DNA of 64,000 nucleotides from positions 1,067 to 65,066 of the forward strand of contig JUEO01000004.1 in assembly GCA_000817115.1 (NCBI GenBank), written 5' to 3'. The DNA comes from a marine actinobacterium MedAcidi-G2B (lineage in GTDB: Bacteria; Actinomycetota; Acidimicrobiia; Acidimicrobiales; MedAcidi-G1). The position numbers and the translations under genes are program-made. Shown piece after piece: positions 39,702-50,335 of the stretch; the first letter of the stretch is position 1, and each line of letters opens with the position of its first letter. Under the pieces are notes generated by a model, which searched no databases, was not told where the DNA came from, and saw only the letters and a program-made list of their open reading frames with translations.

Positions 39702-41423
39702 TTAGCTCCCAGTTTCATCAAGAATCTCATTTAATTTCAAGATGTCTTCTTCGTACACAACTCCAATGAATCCGCCATCATTATCTGTCACAGCTAGAAC
39801 GTCAATTTGAGAACTTTCCATGGCAGCTATTGTGTCACGCAAGGACCATGAAGGACGGGCTACAGGCATATCGCTCCTTACTAGGTCTGAAACAGGCGTT
39901 TCTTCCCATAACGCCCGGTCGGTTCCAGAAAGATCAGAGAGGCTAATCATCCCGAGATATTTGTCTTTATCCACTACTGGCACAGAGCGTTGCCGTCGAC
40001 CTAGAACATGTAAATAGACAAATTCTGAAGTTGTGGCATCAGGGGGGACAGTCAAGACATCTGTGGTTAAGGCAGAAGTAATCGGCAAAGTAAACCGGCG
40101 TTCGAGATGGCCAAGTCGCATACTTTGTTGATGTTCTGCCACTGAAGATTTTCCACCCACTACTTGGCTTACTGCAGCAGCTATTAGGGCGGGAACCACG
40201 AAAGACGCTCCAGTAGATTCCGCAACAAACATCACGGCAGCTATCGGAGCTTTATATCCTGCCCCGAGGAAAGCCGCCAAACCGAGTGTTGGGTATAAAC
40301 CTGGTCGGTCTGCCTGTAAAAGCTGCCCAGTGAATTGTCCAAGTATCACGCCTTGTACAGCAAGAGGGATGAAAAGCCCACCTACTCCACCAGCACCTAA
40401 TGTCACTACAGTAGCTGCGAGACGCATTCCAAAGAGAAGAGCGATTAGCCCAAGGCCATGATTAGGACTAACCACCCAAGACATTGCTTCTTGTCCGGGG
40501 CCAATAGTCAACGGGGCATCAAAAACGAAGTCAGCCCAGAGGGCGAGCAAAGCAAGAATACAGCCCCCAGCCAAAATTCTTGGGAGGAAATTTTCAGATT
40601 TAGATTGAGATTTAGCCCAGCGAACCAACCACGCCATTGATCGTCCACCAACTCCCGCTCCGATTCCAATAATGAAAGCCCCCAGCATGTCGCCTGCTTC
40701 AACACCGCCGAACATGGCGGTCAAATCATTTGCGGTGAACCACATTTGATCGCTGTCAGCTCCTAGACGGAAGTGAGGATCATCTAAGAAGGGAACAACG
40801 GCACCATGACCAATGAGATTAATATAGGTGACGTAACTTGTTGCTGCAGCGAGAAGAGAGGGAAGTAAAGCTTTACGATTCACATCATCTCTATAGGGGG
40901 CTTCCAAAGCAAATAAGACACCAGTAGCAGGGGCTTGAAACACTGCTGCTACACCAGCTGCGGCTCCCGCGGTGAGGAGGATCTTTATGTCTTCTTTTCG
41001 TAACCAATTCTTGAAACGATCCCTAACTGCTAGCCCTGTAACAGAACCTGCATAAATAGAAGGTCCTTCTAAACCAAGAGAGCCCCCGAACCCAATTGTG
41101 GTCACACCAGCTAAAAGTTTGGCAGGGAGATCTCTTATAGGAAGACGAGGAGTTCTGTCATGAAAAGCACGGACAAACTCATCGGAAGTAGCTGGAGATG
41201 TTTTATTACCGAGATATCTGAGAATCAAATGGGCAAGAATGAGCCCAATTCCAGGAGCGAAGATAACTTGCCATCTTGATAAACCTTTTACGTGCTCAAG
41301 AACTACAGAATCAGCGAGAGTTTCAAATCCGGCTATTAACAGCGCAACTAAAAATCCTGTCACTACAGCAAGAGCTAATACAGGAGTGTCACCCCTAGTG
41401 GCGATGGCTTTGAAACGGTTCAC
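39702..41423 (-). CDS. ClC chloride channel/transporter with CBS domains
   Basis: GLEGP, GAAAGVAAVFQAP, GGLFIP, two CBS domains. Confidence 0.9.
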   Translation of the reverse strand: MNRFKAIATRGDTPVLALAVVTGFLVALLIAGFETLADSVVLEHVKGLSRWQVIFAPGIGLILAHLILRYLGNKTSPATSDEFVRAFHDRTPRLPIRDLPAKLLAGVTTIGFGGSLGLEGPSIYAGSVTGLAVRDRFKNWLRKEDIKILLTAGAAAGVAAVFQAPATGVLFALEAPYRDDVNRKALLPSLLAAATSYVTYINLIGHGAVVPFLDDPHFRLGADSDQMWFTANDLTAMFGGVEAGDMLGAFIIGIGAGVGGRSMAWLVRWAKSQSKSENFLPRILAGGCILALLALWADFVFDAPLTIGPGQEAMSWVVSPNHGLGLIALLFGMRLAATVVTLGAGGVGGLFIPLAVQGVILGQFTGQLLQADRPGLYPTLGLAAFLGAGYKAPIAAVMFVAESTGASFVVPALIAAAVSQVVGGKSSVAEHQQSMRLGHLERRFTLPITSALTTDVLTVPPDATTSEFVYLHVLGRRQRSVPVVDKDKYLGMISLSDLSGTDRALWEETPVSDLVRSDMPVARPSWSLRDTIAAMESSQIDVLAVTDNDGGFIGVVYEEDILKLNEILDETGS

Positions 41424-41549
41424 TCATCATTCCTACCGCTTTTAGTGAACTAATGCTCTTTCTTTCAGAAACTAATTAGAAGCTGTTTCTTTGCTTAATA
41501 AGAAGGCATACACGAGGAGGCATCTGCAACATAGAACTAAGATGATTGT

Positions 41550-43022
41550 GTGGGAATTAACTTCTTTAAAAACATAAATCGTTCAAAACAGAGCGATCAA
41601 TTATTCAGAGAACTTTGCCGCGATATCGGGACTGCTCGAGTTCATCGTGACGGAGCTTCTCAACTTTTATACAGTCGGGATGGCTCAGCATTTCCTGGCG
41701 GCATTCCAGGGGTTGTCTGTTTTCCTGAAACCACACAGCACGTCATTGATTGCATTAAGGCCGCTAACAGGCATGATCGATCTTTTGTTCCACGTGGTGC
41801 GGGAACAGGGTTAGCTGGGGGCGCTGTTCCCTGTGACGCCCCATTGGTAATTTCTACGACAAAGATGAACTCTATTTTTGAAGTGAACTATGAAAAACGA
41901 TTTGCCTGGGTCGGACCAGGAGTGGTCAATTTAGATCTCACGAAAAGCTTGAGCGGAACTGGGTTTCATTTCGCTCCCGATCCATCAAGTCAACAATCAT
42001 GCACGATCGGTGGAAATGTAGCAAATAACTCTGGGGGGCCGCATTGTCTTGCATATGGCGTTACTAATGCCCATATTTTAGCTATTGAGGTGGTGCTTCC
42101 TGACGGGACACTCGTTCAGTTAGGTGATGTCGACGGACATGCATCCGGGTATGACTTACGTGGAGTTTTTGTTGGGGGAGAAGGGACTCTGGGAATAGCA
42201 ACACGGATCGCTGTAAAGCTGACACCTGATCCACCAGAGATCTGTACATTACTTCTGGATTTTATGGATGTAGCAGACGCCGCTAAAACGGTTAGTGCCA
42301 TTATTGCTTCCGGAATAGTGCCTGCCGCAATAGAAATGATGGATAAGCGCATCGTTAACGTTGTTGAAGAATTTGTCAAGGTTGGATATCCAACAGACGC
42401 AGCCGCTGTGTTGATAATTGAGGTAGATGGTTTGCCTGAAGGTGTAAGAATTGAAGTTGAACGAATTCAAAGCATCAGCCTCGAATATGGTGCACGCTCG
42501 GTGAGAGTGGCTTCTTCAGATGCAGAACGGGAACAAATATGGAAGGGGCGTAAAAGCGCTTTTGGTGCAGTAGCTCAGATTCAACCAGGCTACTACTTGC
42601 ATGACACTGTGATCCCCAGAACAAAGCTTGTGGAAGTGTTAGAAGCTGTTTATGAAATAGCAAATAGATATGAATTGATTGTTATGAATGTTTTTCACGC
42701 TGGTGATGGAAACCTTCACCCACTTCTTGTCTTTGATCCACAAGAGCCTGGAATTATGGAGAGAGTGCTTGCGGCAGGAGAAGAAATCGTCCAAGTCTCG
42801 CTTGATGCTGGTGGAGTTCTTTCTGGAGAACATGGAATAGGTTTAGAGAAAATAAGATTTATGGAAAACCTCTTTTCTGAAGAGGACTTAGCAGCCCAGA
42901 AATTACTTAAAGATGCATTTGATCCAGATGGGCGAGCTAATCCATTCAAAGTCTTGCCTAGCGGTGCTAGTTGTAGCGAAGTTAACCATCTAAATCAATT
43001 ACCAGACGGGGCATGGGTATGA
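41550..43022 (+). CDS. glcD: Glycolate oxidase subunit GlcD-like FAD-linked oxidase
   Basis: [41 protein letters not shown]. Confidence 0.85.
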   Translation: MGINFFKNINRSKQSDQLFRELCRDIGTARVHRDGASQLLYSRDGSAFPGGIPGVVCFPETTQHVIDCIKAANRHDRSFVPRGAGTGLAGGAVPCDAPLVISTTKMNSIFEVNYEKRFAWVGPGVVNLDLTKSLSGTGFHFAPDPSSQQSCTIGGNVANNSGGPHCLAYGVTNAHILAIEVVLPDGTLVQLGDVDGHASGYDLRGVFVGGEGTLGIATRIAVKLTPDPPEICTLLLDFMDVADAAKTVSAIIASGIVPAAIEMMDKRIVNVVEEFVKVGYPTDAAAVLIIEVDGLPEGVRIEVERIQSISLEYGARSVRVASSDAEREQIWKGRKSAFGAVAQIQPGYYLHDTVIPRTKLVEVLEAVYEIANRYELIVMNVFHAGDGNLHPLLVFDPQEPGIMERVLAAGEEIVQVSLDAGGVLSGEHGIGLEKIRFMENLFSEEDLAAQKLLKDAFDPDGRANPFKVLPSGASCSEVNHLNQLPDGAWV

Positions 43023-43912
43023 ACGATTTAGAGGATTTCAGAGAGAGCGTAGGGGAAAGCGATCCAGTAGCAGTTATTGGTGGGAGAACTCACTGGACTA
43101 TTGGTGGCAATCCAACTGATGACACGAGACTGGTTTGCGCTCCAGCTGGAATAGATTCCTTTGATCCGTCTGAAATGACTGTAAGCGTTAAAGCGGGAAC
43201 AAAACTCAAATATTTAAATGCGGAACTATCTGGATACAGGCAAGAGGTTTGTCTGGAAGGCTTATCGGAAACGACTGTTGGTGGAGCGTTGATGATCGGC
43301 ACTGATGGAATTAGGCGCAATTTAATTGGTTCAATTCGAGAAACGTTACTGCAAGCAGAATATGTCGATGCGAAGGGGAAGATAATAAAAGCAGGTGGCC
43401 CTACTGTGAAGAACGTAACTGGTTATGATCTTTGCCGCTTACTCGTTGGGTCTTTAGGCACCCTCGGCTTGGTCGGCAGAGTAATTTTACGCACACGCCC
43501 AAAATCTGAAAAGAGCGTCTGGCTTCAAGGCGGGTTACAACCTGAAGAAGCTCGTCATGTTTGTTTTCGACCCGCCTCGTTGTTGTGGAATGGAAAAGAG
43601 ACGTTTATTCAACTAGAGGGTTATGGAATAGACGTCGATTCAGAGGTGCTCAAGTTAAAGAACTTAGGGTATGAAGAGATGGGCACGAAATGCCCTATTT
43701 CAATACCAAGGTTTCGTCATAAATTTGTTAGCGGAATGTGCTTAGATAGCGGGATTGTAGATGTATATAGCTCAATTATTTATAAGTCTGAAGAAGCAGC
43801 GGAGCCTCAGCATTCAAAAGAAGTAGTACGCCTCGGGAACAAGGTTCGCAAAATGTTCGACCCTTCAGGTCGCCTGAATCCAGGTCGCGATCCTTATAGG
43901 GCTGGACCATGA
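43013..43912 (+). CDS. glcE: Glycolate oxidase FAD-binding subunit GlcE-like
   Basis: [32 protein letters not shown]. Confidence 0.8.
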   Translation: MGMNDLEDFRESVGESDPVAVIGGRTHWTIGGNPTDDTRLVCAPAGIDSFDPSEMTVSVKAGTKLKYLNAELSGYRQEVCLEGLSETTVGGALMIGTDGIRRNLIGSIRETLLQAEYVDAKGKIIKAGGPTVKNVTGYDLCRLLVGSLGTLGLVGRVILRTRPKSEKSVWLQGGLQPEEARHVCFRPASLLWNGKETFIQLEGYGIDVDSEVLKLKNLGYEEMGTKCPISIPRFRHKFVSGMCLDSGIVDVYSSIIYKSEEAAEPQHSKEVVRLGNKVRKMFDPSGRLNPGRDPYRAGP

Positions 43913-45087
43913 ACACTTCGCTTAACTTGGACAAAGATCATTTAACCGCATGTATTTCTTGTGGACTTTGTTTACCTCATTGTCCGACATATCAAACAAC
44001 TCAAGACGAGAGTCGTTCTCCGCGTGGCCGCATCAGCCTCATGAAGGGTGTAGAGAATGGGCTAATTCCATTGAGCAAAGAAGTGGTTGAATCGATGGAT
44101 ACCTGCGTCCAATGCTTGGGGTGTGAGACGGCATGTCCGTCTGGTGTCCAGTATGGGGAACTTATCGCACAGACCCGAGAAGCCTTAAGCGATCATCGAA
44201 AAGTGAGTTTTCAATTGAGGGTGGGATTATGGATCCTTTTACATACGAGAATTTTATTAGTGGGAAGTCGAGTATTGGCGGTTCTTCAACGGTTGAAATT
44301 AGTACCAGCTAAGGCTCTACCGGTTCCTTCGAGAATTCCACTTCGTAGAGGCAGATATGTCCAGCATGACGATCCTGAAGTAATCCTTTTCACTGGTTGC
44401 GTGATGGACGTATGGCTATCACAAGTCCATGAAGCCGCTCTTTCAGTACTTGACTCAATTGGCATCAGATACATGATTTCAGGAAATCAGGCTGGATGCT
44501 GCGGGGCGCTTCACAGCCATGCTGGTTTTCGTTCAACGGCGAAGAAACAAGCACTTCAAGTAATTTCTGCATTGCCTACGGATTTACCGATTCTTGTAGA
44601 TTCAGCGGGTTGTGGAGCAGTTTTAAAAGAATATGGAAATCTCTTAGGGACGGAAGAAGCAAAAATTTTCTCTTCAAGGGTCTACGACATACATGAATGG
44701 CTAATAAACGACCCCAAGTGGCGAGAATCTCTACCACTCAGGCGGCCCGGCAGCAAGAAGGTTATCGTGCAAGATCCATGCCACCTTCGCCATGTGCAAA
44801 AAGCACATGAATCTGTTCGAGAACTACTAACTCCTTTCGTTGATTGTCTTGAGCTGGACGACGAAGGACTTTGCTGCGGAGCCGGAGGAGCATTTTCAGT
44901 GGATCAACCAGAACTCGCAAAGGACATAAGAGATAAAAAGTTGAAATCAATACAACGAGCTGGAGGACACCTAGTAGTAAGTGCTAATCCAGGATGCATG
45001 ATTCATCTAGAATCCGCAGGGGTAGAAATATTGCACCCAATTCAAGTGGTGGCAGAATATATAGACGGAAGAAAAGATCATGAGTAA
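43909..45087 (+). CDS. glcF: Glycolate oxidase Fe-S subunit GlcF-like
   Basis: Two CxxCxxCxxxCP clusters and two CCG domains. Confidence 0.85.
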   Translation: MNTSLNLDKDHLTACISCGLCLPHCPTYQTTQDESRSPRGRISLMKGVENGLIPLSKEVVESMDTCVQCLGCETACPSGVQYGELIAQTREALSDHRKVSFQLRVGLWILLHTRILLVGSRVLAVLQRLKLVPAKALPVPSRIPLRRGRYVQHDDPEVILFTGCVMDVWLSQVHEAALSVLDSIGIRYMISGNQAGCCGALHSHAGFRSTAKKQALQVISALPTDLPILVDSAGCGAVLKEYGNLLGTEEAKIFSSRVYDIHEWLINDPKWRESLPLRRPGSKKVIVQDPCHLRHVQKAHESVRELLTPFVDCLELDDEGLCCGAGGAFSVDQPELAKDIRDKKLKSIQRAGGHLVVSANPGCMIHLESAGVEILHPIQVVAEYIDGRKDHE

Positions 45088-45283
45088 TTCATACGAATCA
45101 ATTCAAGAGAAACTCCGAGCCATATCAGATGAAATAGCAGATTTGGCAATGAGTGACATCCGTAGTTCAATCGAAGAAGGTCATAACAAGACATCAGATA
45201 TCGAAAAAAGACTTACGCGTGCACGCCGTGCAATAGAGAAAGCCATCCACCTCTTAGAGGCGGAAGACACTGATTTCATTTGA
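45080..45283 (+). CDS. Small helical hypothetical protein
   Basis: 67 aa; overlaps the glcF stop; amphipathic helices. Confidence 0.65.
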   Translation: MSNSYESIQEKLRAISDEIADLAMSDIRSSIEEGHNKTSDIEKRLTRARRAIEKAIHLLEAEDTDFI

Positions 45284-46313
45284 TGCCGTAGTCGTTTATC
45301 GCATCAATTAAGAGACGCAATCTGGATTGCGAAGAATGGTTGTATTGAAAGGCGATCCTGTTGAGGCTCAAAAAGTCAGAGTCTTCAACCTCTGATGGAT
45401 CTGGTTCGGTCTTTTCTATAACCCCAGAAGTCAGTAGATCTCCGAAAGAATGATTGAGTGAAATCAATTCATCGTCACTTACTGGCCTGTTCAAACGGAT
45501 AACAAGACGATCCCGAACATAACGCATCGAGTGGTAGGAAGAATAGAAATGGCATAAGTGATCTGCCGCAACTTCCGGGTCTTTACAAACATGCACAAGA
45601 GATAAATCATTCTCGCTAATTAAGCCTCCATCTAAGAGCTCTAATCGCACAAAATCTATCCATCGATCCCAGTATGTACTTCCAGGAGGATCAAGTAAAA
45701 CGACTGGATTAAGTGGAGATTTTCCGGTCTGCATAAGGGTAAGTAGTTCAAATGCTTCATCCATAGTGCCAAACCCGCCAGGAAGCAGGGCGTAACCATG
45801 CGTTTCTTTCATGAAGATTACTTTTCGAGTGAAGAAATATTTGAAGTTGATTAGTTTTGGGTCATCAGCTATGAATTCGTTAGCTGATGATTCAAATGGA
45901 AGTTTGATGTTTATACCAAAAGAGCGTTCTTTGCCGGCACCCTCTAATCCTGCAGCCATGATTCCGGGTCCCGCTCCAGTGAGTACGTACCATCCTCTCT
46001 TAGCCATAGCAGCACCGAACTCACGGGCGCTAACGTACGCGGGGTCTCCAGCAGAAATTCTGGCTGAACCGAAGAGAGTCGCTTTTCTTTCAGAGCGATA
46101 CGGAGCAAAAACACTAAAAGAATGACGCAACTCTTTTAAAGCGCTATTAGTGAGCTTTAACTCACCTCGGTTAACGTCTTCCAGGCCAAGTCGAATTCCC
46201 GAGACTAGAAGCTCAGCGATGAGGTCTAAGTCTTCCGAAGGAACTTCTTTTAGAAGATCAGCTATTTGCTGATCAATCGATTGAACTCCGGTCCGGTAGT
46301 TGCTTAAAACCAT
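45276..46313 (-). CDS. LOG family (TIGR00730-like) nucleotide phosphoribohydrolase
   Basis: FGSAR, TGAGPGIM, FFTRK, PGGFGTMDE. Confidence 0.9.
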   Translation of the reverse strand: MVLSNYRTGVQSIDQQIADLLKEVPSEDLDLIAELLVSGIRLGLEDVNRGELKLTNSALKELRHSFSVFAPYRSERKATLFGSARISAGDPAYVSAREFGAAMAKRGWYVLTGAGPGIMAAGLEGAGKERSFGINIKLPFESSANEFIADDPKLINFKYFFTRKVIFMKETHGYALLPGGFGTMDEAFELLTLMQTGKSPLNPVVLLDPPGSTYWDRWIDFVRLELLDGGLISENDLSLVHVCKDPEVAADHLCHFYSSYHSMRYVRDRLVIRLNRPVSDDELISLNHSFGDLLTSGVIEKTEPDPSEVEDSDFLSLNRIAFQYNHSSQSRLRLLIDAINDYGIK

Positions 46314-46347
46314 AAAGAAAGATTAGAGCACACTGGAGTTGGACGGG

Positions 46348-48723
46348 TTAACCATTTGTAACTGGGATCAAAATGCGACCATCGTCCTCTCGGGTGACGT
46401 CTAGCTTAATATTTTTATCAAGATGCTTATAAAGAGTGGTTCTTTGCACCAATGTTCTACCAAGAGGCTGCACTAAATCCGCTAGATCAGATTCTGAAAC
46501 AAGTTGCCCATGATCAGCACCGGCGGCACGAGAAATATTTTCATCAATGAGAGTTCCACCAAGGTCGTTGACTCCTGCTTGAAGTAGTTGTTCTACTCCT
46601 TTAAGGCCAATCTTGACCCAAGAGGCTTGAATATTGTCAATCAAACCACGATAAGTAATGCGAGCTACTGCATGCATAAGCAAAGTCTCTCTAAATGTTG
46701 GTCCTCGGCGCGACTTACGTTGTAAATAAATTGGTGAAGCCATGTGCACAAACGGCAGTCCAACAAACTCAGTAAAGCCCCCAGTTTCTTTTTGAAGATC
46801 TCGACAAACTAAAAGATGATCCGCCCAGTGCTCGGGTCTTTCAATTGAACCAAACATAATCGTAATGTTCGAACGAAGGCCTACTTTATGGGCAGTGCGG
46901 TGTGCTTCTAACCATTCTTCTGTATTGATTTTGTCAGAACATAGTTCCTCACGGACCTCGTCAGAAAGGATTTCTGCTGCCGTTCCTGGCAAAGTCTTGA
47001 GGCCGGCCTCACGAATGCGCTCAAGATAGCTTTCTAGCGGTTCGTTAAGTCTTGCAGCCCCTTCAGTTACTTCTAAGGCCGTAAATCCGTGAATATGAAT
47101 ATCGGGAACGGCCTCTTTGACAGCCTTAGTTACTTCTATGTAGTAATTGCCGTCAAAATCTGGGTGTATACCACCCTGTAAACAAACTTCGGTAGCTCCC
47201 ATCCTTGCTGCATCTGCGGTTCGCTGTGCTATTTCATCCATTTCAAGCAAATACGGATTTCCCCTTAGATTCAATGAAAGAGGACCCTTTGAAAATCCGC
47301 AAAATTTACATTTATAAGTGCAAACATTTGTGTAGTTAATGTTTCTGTTAGCAACCCATGTCACTGCATCTCCTACCGAGGAACGACGTAACTCATCTGC
47401 AACTTCAGCAACGGCAGCTACCTCACGACCACGGGCGGCAAAGAGGGAAAGTATTTCTCCTTTGCCTACTTCCTCACCATCTAGAACTCCATTTAGAACT
47501 TCTTTTAAGTGACCAGTAACTCTTGGAATATTTGGAATTAAGAGAGGAGGGGAGTAGGGGGCCCCAGAATACCAAGTAGATGAAAGCGGTGTTTGAGCAC
47601 TCAAATCATGCTTTAGATCGTCTTTAGACAGTGGTGCAAAGAAAGGACCAGGATCGTTTCTTGCCAGGCCATGACTATCTGACCTATCCATAATTGGAAA
47701 ATGAAGATTCTCGTCAAACCATCGTTCAGGAGCAGTAACAAATTCAGGATGCACAGTTAAGCGGGGAGCAAGTTCAAATCCGCGTTCTTCTGTTAGTTGG
47801 CGTAGCTTTCCAAGAGAAGGCCAAGGCCTTTCAGGATTCACATAGTCAGAAGTAACGGGAGAAACTCCACCCCAGTCGTCCACTCCTGCTGCAATGAGCT
47901 GCTGGAAGTCGTCAGAGAGATTAGGTGGGGCTTGGATGTGTATATCGGAAGGAAGAATAACTCGAGCTAACGCGATTGCGTCAAGGTAAGTATCGGTGGG
48001 ACAAGCAGGAGCTTTGTGCATGGAAGTTCCAGATTTTGGGAGAAAGTTCTGAACGATTACCTCCTGTATGTGTCCATGACGCTGATGAGACTCTCCAATG
48101 GCCTGAAGCGCTTCGATTCGATCTTCTCTGGACTCTCCAATGCCGACAAGAATTCCAGTTGTAAAAGGTATTGAAAGTTCCCCGGCAGCTTCAAGAGTTG
48201 CTAATCGTCGGTCAGGCTCCTTATCAGGTGATCCCCGGTGACATTCAAGTTCAGCTAAAGACTCAATCATCATCCCTTGAGAAGGCGAGAAAGGGCGAAG
48301 TTTCTTTAGGTCTGAGTAATCAAGTGCTCCCGCATTAGCGTGCGGAAGTAAGCCAGTTTCCTCTAGTACTAATTCAGCCATTTTCGCGAGGTAGTCAATA
48401 GTTGATTCGTAGCCATTCTTCTCAAGCCATTCGGCTGCAGTTGGATATCTCAACTCCGGCTTTTCTCCAAGAGTAAAGAGAGCTTCATGGCAGCCAACTG
48501 AAGCCCCTTTATGGGCAATATCTATTACTTGCTCCGGAGAAAGAAATGGAGCATCTAAACGAGCTGGTGGCTGTGCAAACGTGCAGTAACCGCATTTGTC
48601 TCGACAGAGCATCGTCAGAGGTATAAAAACTTTTGGGCTGTAGGTGATTAAATTCCCAAAACTTTCAAATCGTCGGTTACTTGCCTCGGAAAAGAGTTCG
48701 TCACCTTGAGGGAAAGCGTTCAT
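46348..48723 (-). CDS. fbiC: Bifunctional FO synthase (fused CofG-CofH)
   Basis: Two radical-SAM CxxxCxxC motifs (CRDKCGYC; CTYKCKFC), DWGGVSP, NDLGGTL. Confidence 0.93.
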   Translation of the reverse strand: MNAFPQGDELFSEASNRRFESFGNLITYSPKVFIPLTMLCRDKCGYCTFAQPPARLDAPFLSPEQVIDIAHKGASVGCHEALFTLGEKPELRYPTAAEWLEKNGYESTIDYLAKMAELVLEETGLLPHANAGALDYSDLKKLRPFSPSQGMMIESLAELECHRGSPDKEPDRRLATLEAAGELSIPFTTGILVGIGESREDRIEALQAIGESHQRHGHIQEVIVQNFLPKSGTSMHKAPACPTDTYLDAIALARVILPSDIHIQAPPNLSDDFQQLIAAGVDDWGGVSPVTSDYVNPERPWPSLGKLRQLTEERGFELAPRLTVHPEFVTAPERWFDENLHFPIMDRSDSHGLARNDPGPFFAPLSKDDLKHDLSAQTPLSSTWYSGAPYSPPLLIPNIPRVTGHLKEVLNGVLDGEEVGKGEILSLFAARGREVAAVAEVADELRRSSVGDAVTWVANRNINYTNVCTYKCKFCGFSKGPLSLNLRGNPYLLEMDEIAQRTADAARMGATEVCLQGGIHPDFDGNYYIEVTKAVKEAVPDIHIHGFTALEVTEGAARLNEPLESYLERIREAGLKTLPGTAAEILSDEVREELCSDKINTEEWLEAHRTAHKVGLRSNITIMFGSIERPEHWADHLLVCRDLQKETGGFTEFVGLPFVHMASPIYLQRKSRRGPTFRETLLMHAVARITYRGLIDNIQASWVKIGLKGVEQLLQAGVNDLGGTLIDENISRAAGADHGQLVSESDLADLVQPLGRTLVQRTTLYKHLDKNIKLDVTREDDGRILIPVTNG

Positions 48724-49187
48724 TGTTTCTGCTTTCTCCCGGGTCCAGACTTACTACGAATTTTTTTAGGGGGAACAATGAGTGAGCAGGTTGGGCAACT
48801 CACAGCGTGCTGAAGAGGGGTGTCGCATTCTTCATGAACTAGAACAGTTGGAGGGCCTTCAGTAGCGCACCAAGTGTCACCCCAGTGCATCAACGCCACT
48901 AGAGAAGGGGAGAGATCTAATCCTTTGGACGTTAGGCGGTATTCGTGACGAACAGGTCGGTGTTGATAGGGAACACGCACTACTATTTCGTTATTGACTA
49001 GTTTATTAAGCCTGTCACTAAGGAGATTTCTTGCTATTCCTAAATTCTTCTGCAAATCTCCAAAGCGTCGAACTCCTTTAAAAAGGTCTCTTAAAATCAA
49101 GAGAGTCCAACGTTCACCAATGCTGTCAAGTGTTGCGGCGATTGAGCAATCAAACTTTTCTTGGTCGGGTTTAACGATGTCTTGCAT
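48720..49187 (-). CDS. HxlR-family wHTH regulator
   Basis: CSIA.TLD.IGERWTLLILR, EYRLTSKG..L; ATGA overlap with fbiC. Confidence 0.9.
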   Translation of the reverse strand: MQDIVKPDQEKFDCSIAATLDSIGERWTLLILRDLFKGVRRFGDLQKNLGIARNLLSDRLNKLVNNEIVVRVPYQHRPVRHEYRLTSKGLDLSPSLVALMHWGDTWCATEGPPTVLVHEECDTPLQHAVSCPTCSLIVPPKKIRSKSGPGRKQKQ

Positions 49188-49239
49188 TTTGACACCTTAG
49201 CAGTCAGTAGCAAAATAAAACTTACTCAGGCAAATTTCA

Positions 49240-50328
49240 TCAAAATGAGGAAGCTTTGATGCTCAGACTCTCAATCAAGTTTTCGAAAGAAGTGATGAAA
49301 GAATCTATTCCTTCTGTTTCAAGCACATCACCTACTTCTTCAAGATCGATGCCAAGAGAACTGATTTCGCTAAGAATTTTCTCTGCCTTACTGCTGTTCG
49401 CATCAACGGTACGGGCAACAGTGCCGTGGTCTTCAAAAGCCTCAATGGTGGTATTTGGAAGTGTATTCACGGTGTTAGGTCCGATCAGAGTATCAACGTA
49501 AAGGGTGTCGACGTAGGAAGGATTTTTAGTAGAAGTAGAAGCCCAAAGTGGCCGCTGCACACGAGCGCCGCGTGATTCAAGTGCTTCCCATCGAGGACCA
49601 GAGAATGTTTCTTTAAAGAGAGAGTAGGCGGCTTGGCCTAAAGCTACAGCGGCTTGTCCCTTGAGATCTGTAGCTTTCTGGCTCCCTATTTCATCAAGTC
49701 TTCTATCTACTTCAGTATCTGTGCGACTAATAAAGAAGGAAGCAACAGATGAAATTTTTGAAAGATCTCCAGAGGAATTCTCTAGGCCCGAAATATATGC
49801 CTCCATCACTTCTACATAACGGGATAAGGAGAATATGAGAGTTACGTTCACACTCCTTCCTTCAGAAATCATGGTTTGAACCGGAGGGATGCTTTCTTTA
49901 GTTGCAGGAATTTTTATTAAGACATTTGGCTTATTAATTCGTTTATGTAGAGAACGTGCAGAGTCAAGAGTGCCGGAAGTATCGCGAGCAAGCCTGGGAT
50001 CAACTTCTACTGAAACAAATCCATCTGTTCCGTTCGAAGATTCATAAACAGGTTTGAGAACTTCTAGAGCACCAAGAATGTCGGTTATAACAAGATCCCA
50101 ATAACATTCAGTTACGTCTTTACCACTAGCGATAAGTTCTTTGAATTCATGGTCATAGTCGTCGGTGTCTGCCATTGCTTTTTCGAAAATAGATGGGTTA
50201 GAAGTAATACCACGTACTCCCTTAGTTACCCAATCTGCTAACTCACCTGACTCAAGCCAACTTCGCCGTAAGTTATCTAGCCACGGACTTTGTCCTTCCG
50301 TTTGGAAAAGGTCATTTAGGCGAGTCAA
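49240..50328 (-). CDS. tal: Transaldolase
   Basis: WLDNL, GITSNPSIF, IKIPAT, NVTLIFS, RPLWAST. Confidence 0.95.
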   Translation of the reverse strand: MTRLNDLFQTEGQSPWLDNLRRSWLESGELADWVTKGVRGITSNPSIFEKAMADTDDYDHEFKELIASGKDVTECYWDLVITDILGALEVLKPVYESSNGTDGFVSVEVDPRLARDTSGTLDSARSLHKRINKPNVLIKIPATKESIPPVQTMISEGRSVNVTLIFSLSRYVEVMEAYISGLENSSGDLSKISSVASFFISRTDTEVDRRLDEIGSQKATDLKGQAAVALGQAAYSLFKETFSGPRWEALESRGARVQRPLWASTSTKNPSYVDTLYVDTLIGPNTVNTLPNTTIEAFEDHGTVARTVDANSSKAEKILSEISSLGIDLEEVGDVLETEGIDSFITSFENLIESLSIKASSF

Positions 50329-50335
50329 CTTTAAG

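Noticed and set aside
49197-49223. CIRCE-like half site TTAGCAGTC
   Set aside because: There is no matching second half 9 nt downstream, and it overlaps the hxlR -10 element. I found no CIRCE ahead of hrcA either.
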